A program made the translations under genes and the position numbers. The notes under the pieces were generated by a model, which saw only the letters and a program-made list of their open reading frames with translations, was not told the origin of the DNA and searched no databases. A DNA stretch of 64,000 nucleotides from Octopus sinensis. Taxonomy: Eukaryota. The stretch is from NCBI RefSeq assembly GCF_006345805.1, contig NW_021833304.1, positions 11,464 to 75,463 of the forward strand, given 5' to 3'. Below, one piece after another: positions 13,215-29,126 of this stretch (its first letter is position 1; the number at the start of each line of letters is the position of its first letter).

Positions 13215-13519
13215 CTAAAAAAAGTTTAGAGAAAGCATCGTACATGCTACAGAGCCAAACACACTTGCGTGTGACAGCTACGTCTGTTTTTCCACTCTAA
13301 ATATGAAATCATTAATCCGAAAATCAATATTGTTAATCGTATATTTAACCTATATATCGAAATGATTATTTTTTTTCTACTGAACTAATATCAGTTATCG
13401 TAAAGAACGATGTACTGCCTACACAGTCACTTGAATATTTACAAGAACGACGACGGTAGCTTTTCTTTACTTTCAGAGATATATCACTCAACAAAACTTC
13501 ACTATACCTTCTAAAACGT

Positions 13520-14660
<1,141 letters not shown>

Positions 14661-14744
14661 AAACATATGTCTTTCCTGAATTTCCCACTCTTGTACTCGT
14701 GACATGAAAGAAAGAAGCCTTTTAATAAACCAGAACACAATACA

Positions 14745-15030
14745 CAGCATACGATTCGGGAATTACATTATGTTTGCAGACGGTTGCAGTTTAAAAGTAG
14801 AATTGAACTTTGCAGCATAAATTGCAGAAACAGACGATACGGGGTCTATAATAACAGGGGAAGAATGCTGGGTCATTCGTGGACAATTTATGCTGCAAGA
14901 AGTCTATTTGTAGAAGTTGTCTATACTCCGACAAAATCATGCAACATTTATTGAGAAGAAATTTTAGATGTTCTCTGAATATTAAATAGCAAGGATAATT
15001 GCGACAAGAAGCGAGATAGTGCTGTAAAAT
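14745..15030 (+). mobile_element. Degenerate RTE RT fragment
   Basis: IREL..MFADGCSL (cf. IRELLFADDCAL), SWTIYAA, FRCSLNIK*QG (cf. LRSILNIKWQD). Confidence 0.55.
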
Positions 15031-15327
15031 AGGTAAAAGTACAAAAATAAAATGGAAATTTATTCAGAAATTTATATATTGTATGGCATACAACCGTCTT
15101 AGATAGTTTATAGTCAGGAGAAACGGTTGAGAAATCGGAAAATTCTATATAGCATCACGACTTGATAGGAATAGAACACACACACACACATACACACACA
15201 CACACACACACAAATACTCACACAAATACACACACATGCACACCCACACAGACGCATACCCGCACTCATATATACACATATTTATATGTATATCCATAAT
15301 AACATATGTACATATTTACGTTCATAC

Positions 15328-15372
<45 letters not shown>

Positions 15373-15706
15373 CATGTGTGTGTTTATGAGTGCATGTATG
15401 CGTGTGTGTGTGTTTGTGTGCACATACATATTCTTACATCCTAATAAGAAGTCACAACTTGCTAGCAACACCTGATACAAATGGTTTCTGTTAACCCTCA
15501 GATCTCTCAGCGCCATTGGTCCCGGATTAATATCCTCGGCGTGACACCTGAGCAAATGTCTTCTACCTTAACCTCAGGCTGACCAGATTTTTTGAGTGGA
15601 TCTGGCAGACGGAAATTGTAAGACGTCCGTCGTATATACATGTATACATACATACATGCATACGTACATACGTACATACGTACATACATACACATACATA
15701 AACATA

Positions 15707-15789
<83 letters not shown>

Positions 15790-15988
15790 TATATATACAA
15801 AGAGAGAGAGAGAGAGAGAGTGAATATATATATAGAGAGGGAATAGTATGTATGAAATACTAGTTACTGAATCTCAGCTTTTTTTATCTGCTAGACCACG
15901 GGTGTTAAAATTGATGTTATCAAATTAATATCCAATTTTTCACCCTTGATTTTATATATATAATATTAACATTTGTATGTATACATAT

Positions 15989-16025
<37 letters not shown>

Positions 16026-16059
16026 GTGTGTGTGTGTGTGTGTGAGTTTGTAGTGTCCT

Positions 16060-17050
16060 TGACATGTTGGAAACAACCGTCAAATTGTTTTTCAAATATC
16101 AGCCCATAATCTGATGCATATACTAGTGTTTGAAGCAACAACCAAACTTAAAGAGGGTAACTGGAAATGATGCGTACAATTTCTCTCGAAGCAAATGCTC
16201 AGTTACACACACGGGTATATCTGTGAGTCACCGGGTGGGCTGGCTCCTCCATATGATTGCATGATATGATACAACATCTTGGCATTCCCAATTACCTCAG
16301 GTAGTGTAAGTACATAATTGAATTTGTAAATATATAATACACATAGCTGTGGCAGGTGTTGCTGGCCGTCTCCAAGCAACCGTGGCATCAGTACTCACAC
16401 ACATACACACACACAAACACATGCACATATATAAACACACGTGTGTAGTATGCGAAGTGTATGCGATTATAGATGTAACGTCGGCTGTGTTTGTACTAAT
16501 GCATTAGATTATATTTTCGTTGTTTAAAGCATGAAGATTAACACATCAATAAATTAATTGATAGGATAATCCGGCTCAATTTCAGTATTAAGCAAGCTGT
16601 AATTGCAGTTTGCTTGTCTATTGTTATCTACAGCCAGGTTTAAACCCCGGACAAGCTTATGTCGCTAAAACACCCTCTGGACAATACATACAACATGGAG
16701 TTTGTGAAAAGAGAACGATCAAGATTAATAAAGAACATACATCACAAGAAGTTTGTAGTTGTAGTCGGCCTGTCTGTTGTAGCTGGAGTTTAGTTTCAAG
16801 TCAGCCTTTAGCCAGCAGACTATGGTCAAGTGCATTCTATCTTCGATTATCTTGTGTGTTCCAGACATATTTTAACCAGGACTTCATTATAAAACTCGTC
16901 CTTCAATTTTGATGACGCTACAATTTAATTTATTACAGCTTTGGCTGTTTTTTTCCAAGAAGTCATGCAGCCAGGTTGAGCTATCCTCGTTGGAAACCCT
17001 TGACGAATTCTGCTGTGTAATAATTCCTATTAAAATTGTCATGATAGTAA
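16060..17050 (-). mobile_element. Further RTE-like remnants (endonuclease-like and RT-like)
   Basis: SSKLKDEFYNEVL (APE endonuclease K-D-x-F-Y motif); MLYHIMQSYG; LVYASDYGLI (YADD-like). Confidence 0.35.
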
Positions 17051-17799
17051 GATGAACCTCGATATGGTGCGTTCATAAATATATGACATGCATCCATCAT
17101 TAAACTGAATGGCTTCTACCAAAATGAATATTTTAGATTTTAGATTTATTTTTACCTATCGCAATCAGAAAATATGTGATTAAATTCAAACTAATCAATG
17201 AGATTACTAATTAGCATTTAAAAGTTTGAATGACGTCATCAATTTATTCAACTGCCATTTCGCTGCATCAGTGCAGATGAAATATGCAAAACACACTGCT
17301 GCCAACGTTTGCCTATTCAAATACATATAATCATTAACAGTCCAACTCTATGAATTCCTGGCAACTACGCTTAGAGTTGGGTTACGACTAAATCATGAAA
17401 TACATAAAAATTGAACGTTAATGAAATGGAATTTCTAGGAAATATAACTGAAGGTGTTGCAATGATCCAATTCTATTGATCACTAATTGAAATGCTAAAC
17501 ACACGAGCTTAATACCACTGAACCATTTGGTTAGTCTCGGCGCAGTCGGCAAAATCGGTTCTACGAGCCTCCTATATATTCTTTTATAGCTTTTGAATGG
17601 GAAAGAAAAAAACGAAAACATTGGAAATTCTCTGTTAATTGAATAGGAAAAGAAAGTTAGGAAAGTCTTGAAGAAGAAACTGATTTAATGTTCATTAACA
17701 ATGATTCCGGATTCTACAGTTGGTTTAGCAATCACAGTCGATGTGGTTCCTGGAGGAATGATGTAACACAGATCAGTTCATTTCTAACATACTGGAATA

Positions 17800-19330
17800 A
17801 TCTTAAAATCTGAGTAGAAGCAGTTCACCATAAAGAAAAATGTGTCCTCAGTATCTGAAAGTAGGAAACTTCGGAGGCAATTAATACAATCAGTGTTCAT
17901 GTATAAGTATTTAATTATCGATCAGTTATTGATTTCTATTTCAGCCTGGTATAAACATTGAAATCTTATTGAAAGCACAAACGAAAATGCGGTTTGTTTG
18001 TTTCTAAAACCGAGTGACCTGAACTTATAGCATACAGACCCAGTAAAGAAAATAATGTGGCAACCACTGGGGAAACGATGTTTCCATATCAGCATTAAAA
18101 GATTTCTTGGTTAATGTTGAACATAGAACATACATTTGCTCGTGTGTAACAAATGCACTCACAGTTCTTAGTGAAAGTATTATTTACAACAAACATGATT
18201 ATCGTATCTATAAATCTGCACCTGAAAGGATGAAGCAGGCGTCAGCATCATGGGACAGTGTTAATCAATCGAATTCCTTGTATCTGCATCGATATCTACA
18301 GACAATAGTTTTTCTTGTTGCCTAAGGAAATTAGTAAAGTTATCAAATTGTCAAGTTTTCAAGAGAGACATGCACTCTTCTATACAAACACTGTAGTTAT
18401 TTCATTCTCGTGGGATTTTTCCTTTATTGATCAGAATAAAAAAAACATGTTCAGACAGAAGATAATTTCAATTATCAATATTTCAACCAAAGCTCCAAAT
18501 AAACAAGTTAAGATGCAGATGGCTCATTTTAGTCTTTCAAAAACGCACCGAAACTGTTAAATGCTAACAATTCCACTGCAGTGACCCTGTGTCAGTGACC
18601 AGGTCGCTGCCAGTGCGACAAAACGTTTGACAACGTGTAATACATAACTGAGTGAAGTTAGCAACTTCTGTGCATTTGAATGGTTAATATGTATTTTCCA
18701 CTCAGTAATTCGTTTAGTTTCAACATACAGTCTCAGATCAAATCGCTTGCCAGGCACGTACAACTCCAGAAATTCAAATAAACCTTGGTTATAAAACTCT
18801 AACTGCTTTAGACGTAGAAAGAAAAGAACAGTGCAATCAAATAAAAAGATTTTTTATGCTTGGTTATCGATCTAACTTAAGGTCAAATATGTAGTTGAAT
18901 ACAAGATGGAAGAGAGAATTCCCCAGACGACAATGCTCTTCAATTAGAACCCCTCACCGCAGAGCAACAGAGTCAACTTAACCTCCAAACCTACCATCTA
19001 TGAAAACGTTTCAATATTTAACGATATTGTGACTTAAGGATAGCAATACTTGCCAAATATTTGACGCAAACAGAAAGAGCAACCCTTGATAGATATGGAT
19101 TTATGGCGAAAGATGATTGGCCAGTACTGGAATCCATGCCATATTTTACGATGTCGACTTCTCTTTATAGGAAGAAGTCCAAAAAGAAGATTATACTCGA
19201 AATAAAGGTTTTTACATTCCAAACGTGATATGGATTATTGCAATTTTATAATCGCCACGCACAAAAATACAATATGATAGTGACCGAATTCCTATGATAT
19301 TTACTATAAAAATTGCACGAAATTCTCATT
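17800..19330 (-). mobile_element. Degenerate RTE (BovB-like) RT region
   Basis: CLRQIFGKYCYP (cf. LWKILAKYGCP); GKRFDLRLYVETKRITE (cf. GKLFNLRRLQAKTKV); VLHVVKRFVALAATWSLT; SVDIDAD; microsatellite-free block. Confidence 0.6.
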
Positions 19331-19625
19331 TAAAGGCGAGGAAATTGGGCATCGATTTTCACTTTTACATGCGGAGAGTTCAGAAATAAGATGCTAGTTA
19401 CATATGTCTATGAACATAATATACGTGCTGTGTCTTTTTGTTGTTCGAGGATAAATTGGCTACTATTTCTAGCAAAAGAGACTATGAGTAAGCTGCTAAG
19501 CTCTTTTATCTGCACCTAAGGTGGAAGTATTGATATATATATATATTCAATAGTTAACGGCTTTTGGACTATGAACCTCACCTCTAGATACCCAATACCT
19601 GCATGTCATATTCACGGCTATATAA

Positions 19626-20078
19626 GGCGGTGAGCTGACAGAATCGTTAGCACGCTGGGCAAAATGCGTAGCCGTATTTCATCTGCCGTTACGTTCTGAG
19701 TTCAAATTCCGCCGAGGTCGACTTTGCCTTTCACTCTTTCGGGGCCGATTAAATAAGTACCAGTTACGCACTGAGGTTGATGTAATCGACCTAATCCCTT
19801 TGTTTGTTCCTTCTATGTTTAGCCCCCTGGGGACAATAAAGAAATAAATATTTACTACTGTATAAGGCGACGAGCTGGCAGAATCGTTTGCATGCCGGGC
19901 AAAATGCTTAGCGGAATGTTGTCAGTCTTTATGTTCTGTGTTCAAATTGCGCCGAGGTCAACTTTGCTTTTCCTCCTTCCTGGGGTCAATAAAATATATG
20001 CCAGTGAAACACTGGGTTGATGTGATCGACTTTTCCTCTCACCCGAAATAGCTGGCCTTCTGCCGAAATTTGAAATAA
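19626..20078 (+). mobile_element. Tandem pair of tRNA-derived SINEs, family A
   Basis: Two copies (19626-19848 and 19866-20078): ggcggtgagctg.cagaatcgtt..gttcaaattccgccgaggtcgactttgcc. Confidence 0.9.
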
Positions 20079-20529
20079 ATATTTACGGTGACAGACATAA
20101 ATGTCCCCATCCCTATTATGTTTCAATCAGTTTGATCTCCTGCCATCCTCTGTTCTAATATTTAGGGATGTATTCGTAGTACCGCACCTGATCCGAACAC
20201 AGGATCTGTAAGAGCAATAACCCGCGCATTTACTCGTTCCCCTTATCTCCAGTTTCGATTCTATGTACACGTGTGGTAGTCAAACATCTATTGCCGCTCG
20301 AAACATAATGCAGATGTACACGTCAGACTATTCTGAAAAATTAAAGTCCTATTTACAATAAGAAATCATCTCGGATATTTGATGCGTTTATTCATGTGTT
20401 TACCGAACGGAATATGTTTTTGCAATGTATTAAAAACTCCAGTTTATTATGGAGATATCTACTACCATAATACGCTCATGTCTCCATAACGTTTGCAACG
20501 TTACTCAGTTAACATAACAATATATTTCT

Positions 20530-20750
20530 TTACTACCTACATGGGGCTAAACATAGAGGGGACAAACAAGGACAGACAAAGTGATTAAGTCGATTACATT
20601 GACTCCAGTGTGAAACTGGTACTTTATTTATCGACCCCGAAAGGATGAAAGGCAAAGTCGACCTCGGCAGAATTTGAACTCAGAACGTAACGACAGACGA
20701 AATACCGCTAAGCATTTCGCCCGGCGCGCTAACGACTCTGCCAGCTCAGC
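20530..20750 (-). mobile_element. SINE family A
   Basis: Reverse complement of 19626-19848. Confidence 0.9.
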
Positions 20751-21179
20751 GAAATCAAACGTTTGCGTTCAAATTCAAGGAGAAAAACAACAGAAATTGT
20801 ATACCATAACGCGATACGCAAAGTTAGAGAAAAAAATTAACGCCCCGCCTTCATACACACACACCCACACACAAAAAGAAAAAAGCCCACGGGGGGTAGG
20901 TATTGAACCGATTCGCATAGGTAAGTAGATTTCTTTCAATTCGTTAAACACTCATTTTAGTTGCAAATGAAAAAGAGGCAAATCAACGAAGTAACAAAAC
21001 TGGAGCATATTTCCATTTGAAAATGAGATCATTAAATGTTAATCTATCCTAATTAGGAACCTACTCGTTCTGAATTTATAAGATAAAGCATGGAAATCTT
21101 AGCAACAACTGCAAGAAACGAGGCGAAACAATTACAGAACACATCTTTCTTTCTTTCGTTCTTTCTTTCTTTGTTTCTT

Positions 21180-21222
<43 letters not shown>

Positions 21223-21243
21223 ATCTATCTATCTATCTATCTG

Positions 21244-21318
<75 letters not shown>

Positions 21319-21325
21319 ATCTATA

Positions 21326-21368
<43 letters not shown>

Positions 21369-21539
21369 ATATCTATCTATATATCTATGTGTCTGTCCGT
21401 CTATCTATCTATTTATATATCTATCTATATATCTATGTGTCTGTCTATCTATCTATCTACCTACCTATCTATCTGCCTATCTATCCATCTATCTATAAAT
21501 TTATCTATCTATCTATTTGTCTGTCAGTCTGTCTCTCTG

Positions 21540-21590
<51 letters not shown>

Positions 21591-21594
21591 ATCC

Positions 21595-21628
<34 letters not shown>

Positions 21629-21650
21629 ATTTCTTTCTCTCTCTCTCTCG

Positions 21651-21681
<31 letters not shown>

Positions 21682-22639
21682 CTTCTCATATATATGCCTA
21701 TATGTGTGTGTGTGCAGGTGTGTATACGCAGGCACATATTTAGAGAGATCGAGTACTAGGGAAGTATAAGTGCATGTGTCTAACTGTGTGCGTATGCATG
21801 CGTGTGCGTGTGTATATGTATCTACGTTTATACCGAATATAAAATAAATAATAATAACAATATAATTCGATGCCGAACAATTAAAAGCCCAATTTAAAAA
21901 AGACAATTACCATAAATAAGGCGAGCACTCTGTCGAAATGTACGTCTGACGTTATATCAAAATACACAGCAATTTATTCTGTGTAAATTGCGAAGAGAAA
22001 TATGATTCCAGAAGATTAACGCAAGAACGCATCATAATGTGTATATATACATATATATATATATAGGGACATTAAGAGAAAAGAGAGACATTACCGTAGT
22101 GACACCATATTGAAACACGTCCATGTTCATAGTATGTGTAAAATGTTTCAGTAATTGAAATTAACGAAAATTATATCAATTTACAATAAAATGATCTCTT
22201 TTAAAAAATGAAAAATGCATTTAAATAGATTCATTGAAATACAATATGATATACGACAAAATTGTTTATAGCAAAGCTAGGTGAAGATAATAAGTGTGCC
22301 TCTATGTGGCTGCTTGGCGAGCTAAAAACAGCAGTTAAATATCTTCGAAATTACAGCCGTACACTTTGGCTGGGTGTGTTGGATGATATATATTGCTAAA
22401 TAGATAGGTTCTGAAAGAAAAAAATAATTAATTATAATAACATGGTATTGCAGTGCTTGGAAGTCTTTAATTAAAAATACTCTCAATCAAAGACGACTCA
22501 GAATTTAATAGCAACAACAACAACATCAACAACAACAGCAACGACAATAATAACAACTACAATGACAATATCGACGATGCTTGCAACAACAGAGTTATAA
22601 ACTGGAGAACAAAATGCCAGTCTCCAAAACGGAAAGAAT

Positions 22640-23040
22640 AAAAGAGACACAATCTACAAATACGCGCAGAGTGTAGATTGAGCTACCCGTTCAGCGTCCA
22701 ACAATTTCCGACCTGTGGGCTTATGTCGAACCACTGCTGTCATGTGTGGGACGGGTCGGTTTATCAGCCGAGTCTATCGTCAATATCGTCACGCCTCCTT
22801 CCTTCAAACGGTAAAGAAGAGCTATTTTCGTCATCATTGTGGCTATGGCGAAGGAATGTATCTGGTGGACGCGTCTGAAAGGATTGGAGACAAACACTTT
22901 CCTCTCTAGTCAATTTCTCATCAACTTCTTCAAGTACCACTTGAAAAGGAAAGTGAGAGTAGAGAGGCAAGTTTTGTCTAGCGAATGTTTCAAAAAAGAT
23001 GGGTGAATGTAGCAAGAATGGCACGTATGAATGACGAGGC
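22640..23040 (+). mobile_element. CR1/L2/Jockey-group LINE C-terminal remnant
   Basis: HCCHVWDG (cf. EYCCHVWAG) and WRRNVSG (cf. LRRNVAS) in ORF 22678-22878. Confidence 0.55.
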
Positions 23041-23779
23041 CACCTTGAGCATAATCCGAAAAATTTAAAACAGAGGGTTACTTACTTGCAAACAAATGTG
23101 TTAACATATGACATTATTGACCGAGGTCTTTTCCGTAGGCTTTTCTTTCCACGGATAACCAAATCTGCTTCCCCCTTTAAACTTTACATCATGACATTTC
23201 TGTGATACACGCTCCCAATTGATCGTTTTTTTCTTTTTCTTTTCCTTGCATTTTTTCTTCAACTTTATCGTTCCCTTTTGATCGAAAACCTATCCCACCT
23301 TTTTTTTTCTTTTCTCCCCATAAAGAAAAGCTCTACTTTGGAATCTGTCCCGTTTATGTGCAGCCCCTTGTGGCTAATAAAGAAACATATATTTGGCAAC
23401 TTATAAAAATATGAAGGGTACTAAGGCTGGCATGAGGCCAGCCATTTAAGGAAATAATGAAATTGGCACCAGTAAATACCTAGTACATGTTTTATCAATC
23501 TTTAAAAGGGGACAAGGAACGAAGTGCTCGTCATTGCAAGTAAATACGGCAAGATAGATTAAAAGTTATGTCTACTGATAAAGAAATGCGATATAAAATT
23601 ATTTTATGGTTCCATGCCAAGATACGGTGTAAATCAATAGAAAACTTGTCGAGATAGCTATTAAAAGGGTTTTAATCACACTGCTAACACAGGCAGGACA
23701 CAGTGTTATCATATAAGCCTTTAATATACTTGGTTGCATATTATGATTGCCAACGAAATGTGGTGTCCCTATAATCAAT

Positions 23780-24070
23780 TAGCAATTAAAGGTATTTTGT
23801 GAATCTATGGATTATGTTACGGAAAGGAGAGAACCTTCAAAAAATTCCGGAGTGAGGCCACGTAGGCAGTTTAGTGTTCGACTCTATTCTGCTGCAACCA
23901 AGCTGTTATCAAACGTAATGCTCTGTACTCCATTGGACTACGTCAGCAAGGCCGAGAGAAGAATCCTGACGATTGGGCTACCCAGGATTTTCTTACATCT
24001 AGCCCAGGCCTGCGCAAAACTGAAGAGGACAATATGAAATGTAAAACCAGACTGGAATATTTTATTTGCA
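23780..24070 (+). mobile_element. RTE-group LINE 3' coding remnant
   Basis: VRPRRQFSVRLYSAATKLLSNVMLCTP (cf. IRERRLQFAGHCYRA..LISNVLLWTP); GLRKTEEDNMKCKTR. Confidence 0.5.
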
Positions 24071-24981
24071 ACTCCAATGTCTCCCGAAACAAAAGGATGC
24101 CAACACCAACAACAAATATATACATCGGGGTTCTTGCTTCTTTCAGTTTCCGACCACGAGTTCCTGCCACAAGGCTTTGGTAAGCCCAAGGCTATACGGG
24201 GACTCACTTGCTTAAGGATTCGCGCCGTGGGTTTGAACCAAGAACAATTTGACTGAAAAGCAAATTTATTTCTACCCATATTTCTGTACATAAACACATA
24301 TCTGAATTAATGATTCATGTAACGATAATGAGTAATGTGACGTCATTACCAAACTAAGCGTAGAGTACTCAATACCAGATGAAGGATTAATACCTTGCGG
24401 TGTTTTATTATCAACATATCAGTTTAAATTCGACAATGGATTGATTTTAACTTTTACCACTCTGGTATCGATAATATTAAGAAACATAATATATTAGCAT
24501 CAAATAAATATAGAGGAACCCAACTTTTAAAATGGTTGGACTTGTACTAAAAGAAAGATAATAAAAAATCAATATTTTGCTATCAAGAAAAATATAACAA
24601 GAATATCGATGACATTTGTTTGGTTCAATTTTTTCCATTTTCATTTTCTATAAACATCCCACAAAATAATATATATATATATGGCGGTGCATGCATGTAT
24701 GTATTTATGTATGTATATATATGTGTGTATATATACATATATGTATGTGTGTGTGTGTGTGTGTAAATTAAAACGATGTAGTCAAAATTTGAATAAAACC
24801 TGTTTATTTAGCACGGTCGTCACTTTGAGGAAATCATCGTGAATAATTTATTTTATAGAAAATTCATACGTTTTGAGAGTTGAAAAAAATCTGGAGCTGT
24901 ATTTCACTCTAGATTTTTGAACTGAAACACAAACAGACACACACACACACACACACACACACACAACACACACACACATAC

Positions 24982-25020
<39 letters not shown>

Positions 25021-25149
25021 AAAAGGATGAATTTTCTATAACAAAAATTATTTATGACGTATCCCTGAAAAAAGCGAAACAGCTAAATAGTTTTTAGCCA
25101 GATTCTGACGACCTCCTTTTCCTTAATATTTGAAACCGGTACACTGCTG

Positions 25150-25395
25150 CAAATATTCTGTGTATATACTTGCATACATACATACATACATACATATATA
25201 TATACATACATACATACATACATGCATGCATGCATGCATACATACATAAATACATACATACATACATACATGCATACATACATAAATACATACATACATA
25301 AATGCATGCATACATGCCTACAAACATACGTAGTACAAACATACATACATACATGCATACAAACATACAAACATACAAACATACAAACACACAAA
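25150..25395. repeat. (CATA)n imperfect
   Basis: Direct reading. Confidence 0.95.
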
Positions 25396-25404
25396 CGCAT
25401 CTTT

Positions 25405-25800
25405 TATCTTTTATTCTTCGCTAATTTTAGTAATTTAACTGTGGCCATGCTGGGGCACCACGTGCTAATTTTACTTTGTCGAATGAATGAACTCTTGTAC
25501 TAATTTTTTTAAAAAGGCAGTTACATATTTTATTGGAGGCTTTCACTGAACCGCTACATTACAGAGACGTAAACACACGAACACCGGTAGTGAAGCGATA
25601 GTTGGAAAGAAACACACACACACACACACAAACATGTACATACATATACTACTGGCTTCTCTTCAGTTTCTTTCGACCATGTCCACTAATAAGGCTTTGG
25701 TAAGCTCGATGCTATATTATATGATACTTGACCAATGTGTTACTGAACCGGGTAACATGTGGTTGGGCAATGAACTTCTTGCCACATAGCTACGCCTGCA
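25405..25800 (-). mobile_element. SINE family B
   Basis: Tail ggccatgctggggcacc, internal (CA)n, head ggcttctcttcagtttc. Confidence 0.75.
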
Positions 25801-26264
25801 TCTATATAAACGCATACGAGTGTGTGTTTTGCTCTGTGTGCATTCATCAGTATCAGTGCTTGCGCACACATGTTGTGTGTGTGTGTGTGGTGTGTGTGTG
25901 TGTATGAGTGTGTGTGAAGAAGATTGTTACCTAGCTTAGTTGATAGCAAAAGGGGCTGACTGCTACCTAGCTCAGATATCAGGAAACCCAAAAAATGGCA
26001 GAAATTCAAAAACGGAATAGATGCCAAGAAAAGTGCAATGCCAACCACCACCACCACCACCACCACCACTACCACCACCACGGTCACCAGCATCATTACA
26101 TTATCAATATCTTCCTCTTCCTTCTCCTCCCATTCCACCTCCTCATCAACAACATTATCACCCCAAGAATCACTAATATTGCTTAAGATGCCACCACCAT
26201 CCGCCAAGACTTAATTTTTGTTATCAAATACTTTCTCTTTTTTCTTGTACTATATCCTTAAAGA

Positions 26265-26420
26265 TTATTCAATATCTTTCAACAGCTGGAAATTGAACTT
26301 GCAAGGGCCAACAATTATCTGAAGTTTTTTATCGATCATTTAATACATCAAAGCCAATCACCAGAGTGTAATCGATACATCAAGAACTGATCGAAAATTT
26401 TTGGTGCAATTATAGAACAT
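26265..26420 (+). mobile_element. Possible Tc1 remnant
   Basis: NIFQQ..KFFIDH..SQSPECNRYIKN resembles IFQQDNA..PQSPDLNPIEN. Confidence 0.3.
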
Positions 26421-26507
26421 AATGGACGATCAAATGTCCATTTTGGCAAGTAAACGAGACCCAGTAGAGGACTTTTCGAATACGCCATCTTGCAAGAGAT
26501 GTGTGTG

Positions 26508-26538
<31 letters not shown>

Positions 26539-27424
26539 TCACACACACACACACACAAACTCGCGTGCACACACACACACACATCGTAAAGGAATAGGGA
26601 TTTGTAATCAGGGTAGGTACATTATTACCACGCTGGAATAATCCAGATCTGGCTAACCACATCGAATGATAGATCTCTACTGTCATATAACTTGAGTTTG
26701 TATGATCGTTCACCTAGACTATATTTTAAGAAGAACTATCTAATTCTTGAATCATTAGTTCGCGCTTCATCCACCCAGACTCCATAGGAATGTCTAACTT
26801 GGATGACTCTTTACTGCAACTGAATCAACGAAATGGCCATAAATGCTACATCAAAAGACATGCAGCAGAAACACGTGTCAGGTTAGGATTTTAATGTGAA
26901 TTTAATGAGAATAATACTATAATAAACAAACTATTAACATGTATACTTCTCCATTCTTCTTCATTATGTCTATCTATCTATCTTTCTTTCTATCCATCCA
27001 TCCATCCAACCATCCGTCTATTTATCTATCTATCTATCTATTTATTTAGATTTGTTAATACTTTAAAATCACCGTGTTGTGGCACTACTGGGGTACAGCC
27101 TTTAAAGATATAGTTTATTATACTGATCATAGGAATGAAGTAAATTAGAACATGTCTAATCTGTTTATGAATGAGACTTGTTCCTTCGAGACAAGAGGAG
27201 CAGAAAGATCACGAAAAACATCGACTTGTAAATAACAGTCACACATTTTTGTAACCTCAGTGGTTAAATTTAAAAGGGTAGTTATATAAATGACGCACTC
27301 TGTATACATATTGGTACAAGCGCATACTCACTCACTCATACTAATGCTCACAAATATACTTGCACATAGTATCAAAAGAATGAGCTTGATCGTCTCTCGG
27401 TTTCAACGCTAAGCTACTTTCATA

Positions 27425-27635
27425 TGTCATTCTGCATAAAAAATGGATCTACAAATACAATATCCCTACATATGTTTCATTTATTTTCTTTCCTCCACCA
27501 CACTCTCTATTTTGTATCCTATCTAAACTATTACTTAACCATCCTCTCTGATGAAGAGATATTATTAATAAATATCCTGGAAACAGCTGTAAAGCCTTCT
27601 ATCTATAAATGTTCTATCTACAGAGCATTGGTTTT
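27425..27635 (+). mobile_element. Solo pLTR-like repeat (family 3)
   Basis: Aligns along its length with 52195-52405 (atggatctacaaat..caatatccctacat..gaaacagctgtaa..ccttctatcta). Confidence 0.7.
27544..27595 (+). ncRNA. Minimal hammerhead motif (family 3) in a solo pLTR-like repeat
   Basis: CTGATGA at 27548-27554, agagatatt..aatatcctg, GAAA at 27580, then cagctgTA. Stem I is weak. Confidence 0.6.
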
Positions 27636-29073
27636 TTATCGCATTACGCAAAAAATTCTTATATATAATACATTTGTTTGTTTGTACTCCACCTGCCTTC
27701 GTCTTTTGTTTATTTTCGTAAACCTTCCCGTTATATATATATATATATATATGTATATACAGAGAGAGAGAGAGAGATTTAAATGTGCATATGAATATAT
27801 GTTTGTGCATGGACATAAGCAATTTGAAGACCATTGTTCCATTGTAAACATCCCGACTCGTCACACATATATATAGAGAGAAATTTAGCACATACACTTA
27901 TATTTATGTCTTCACAACCGCAGGCGCAAACACATCGCACGTCTATAGGTCCCCAAAGACAAGCAAGCGCGGACGCAGACGCACACCCACCCATCCACAC
28001 TCACAATCACACATGTTTATTCATTTAGAAAGGATGTACAGGCGTTTATGCTTACGCATGGTTCCCCACACATACAAATACATACCTATATACATATACA
28101 CATAATGCTTTGAAGTATGTTTTCTAAATTTTCTCTGGTTCATATGCTGGGAATTCCGCCCAAACCTCATTAAGTTGCGATGAAATAAGGTGCCAATAAA
28201 GACCCACTTTATTACACATATACTACCGAAAAACAAAACAAAACAAAACAAAACAAAAGCCTGGATCAAAAAGGTGTGAGTAGTGCGCTGGATCTGATGT
28301 TTCCATATATTGATGTACAGCCTGCTTCTTATTCTATGACAATTAACTGAACTGAAGGTTATGTCAACCGATCTGTTATGAGCTGAATCACAAATCACTG
28401 CTTTTGAAAAATGTTGATCGATAAGCTAGTAATTCAATATTTATATCGTTATTTGCTAGCACGGGGATGATATTTAATATTGTTATTATATTTCCTAATC
28501 TTTCTATCCAACAATATTACATATTAAATTAAAAGGTGTTTGTGTTTGTATTAGAAAACAATATTTTATCCGAGAATGGTAAAATCAAGCATTAAATTTC
28601 ATTTCCTTTCAGAAATAATTAAATTTCTTCAAGAAACACAATTTACTTGTAACCAAAGAATTTAAAGAATTGAAATCTCAGAATTCATGAGATATTTCGA
28701 TATGTTCATTGGTTTTCATAATTTTCTATTTTTGTTGTTGTTCTTTTCGTCATTTTCTCAGAGGAAGAATTACAATACTTATGGTTTTATAAATTTGAAG
28801 GTTTTGAAAATTGGAAGGAGAAAGACAGGAAATCATGCTGGAATAGGAATCATGTCCCAGTTGTTTGCCAAGAATGAGGAACTCTGCTAGAAATAGACAA
28901 GGAACACAGAATGGTGTTCAACTGGCGAAAATTTCTGTAAATTAACATCTCAGAATACACAGCTAACAGTATGTATAAATGTGTGTATTTACGTATGTAG
29001 GCATGTATATATATATATAGAGAGAGAGATAACATATATATATATATATTGAGAATAATATATATATAATATA

Positions 29074-29126
<53 letters not shown>

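Noticed and set aside
18107-18160. SWIM-like VNVEHRTYICSC on the + strand
   Set aside because: Lacks the CxH half, and the region is better explained by the minus-strand RTE remnant.
26790-26881. MSNLDDSLLQLNQRNGHKCYIKRHAAETRV with AG|GTTAGG
   Set aside because: Weak acceptor, no homology recognised and adjacent to a probable transposon relic.
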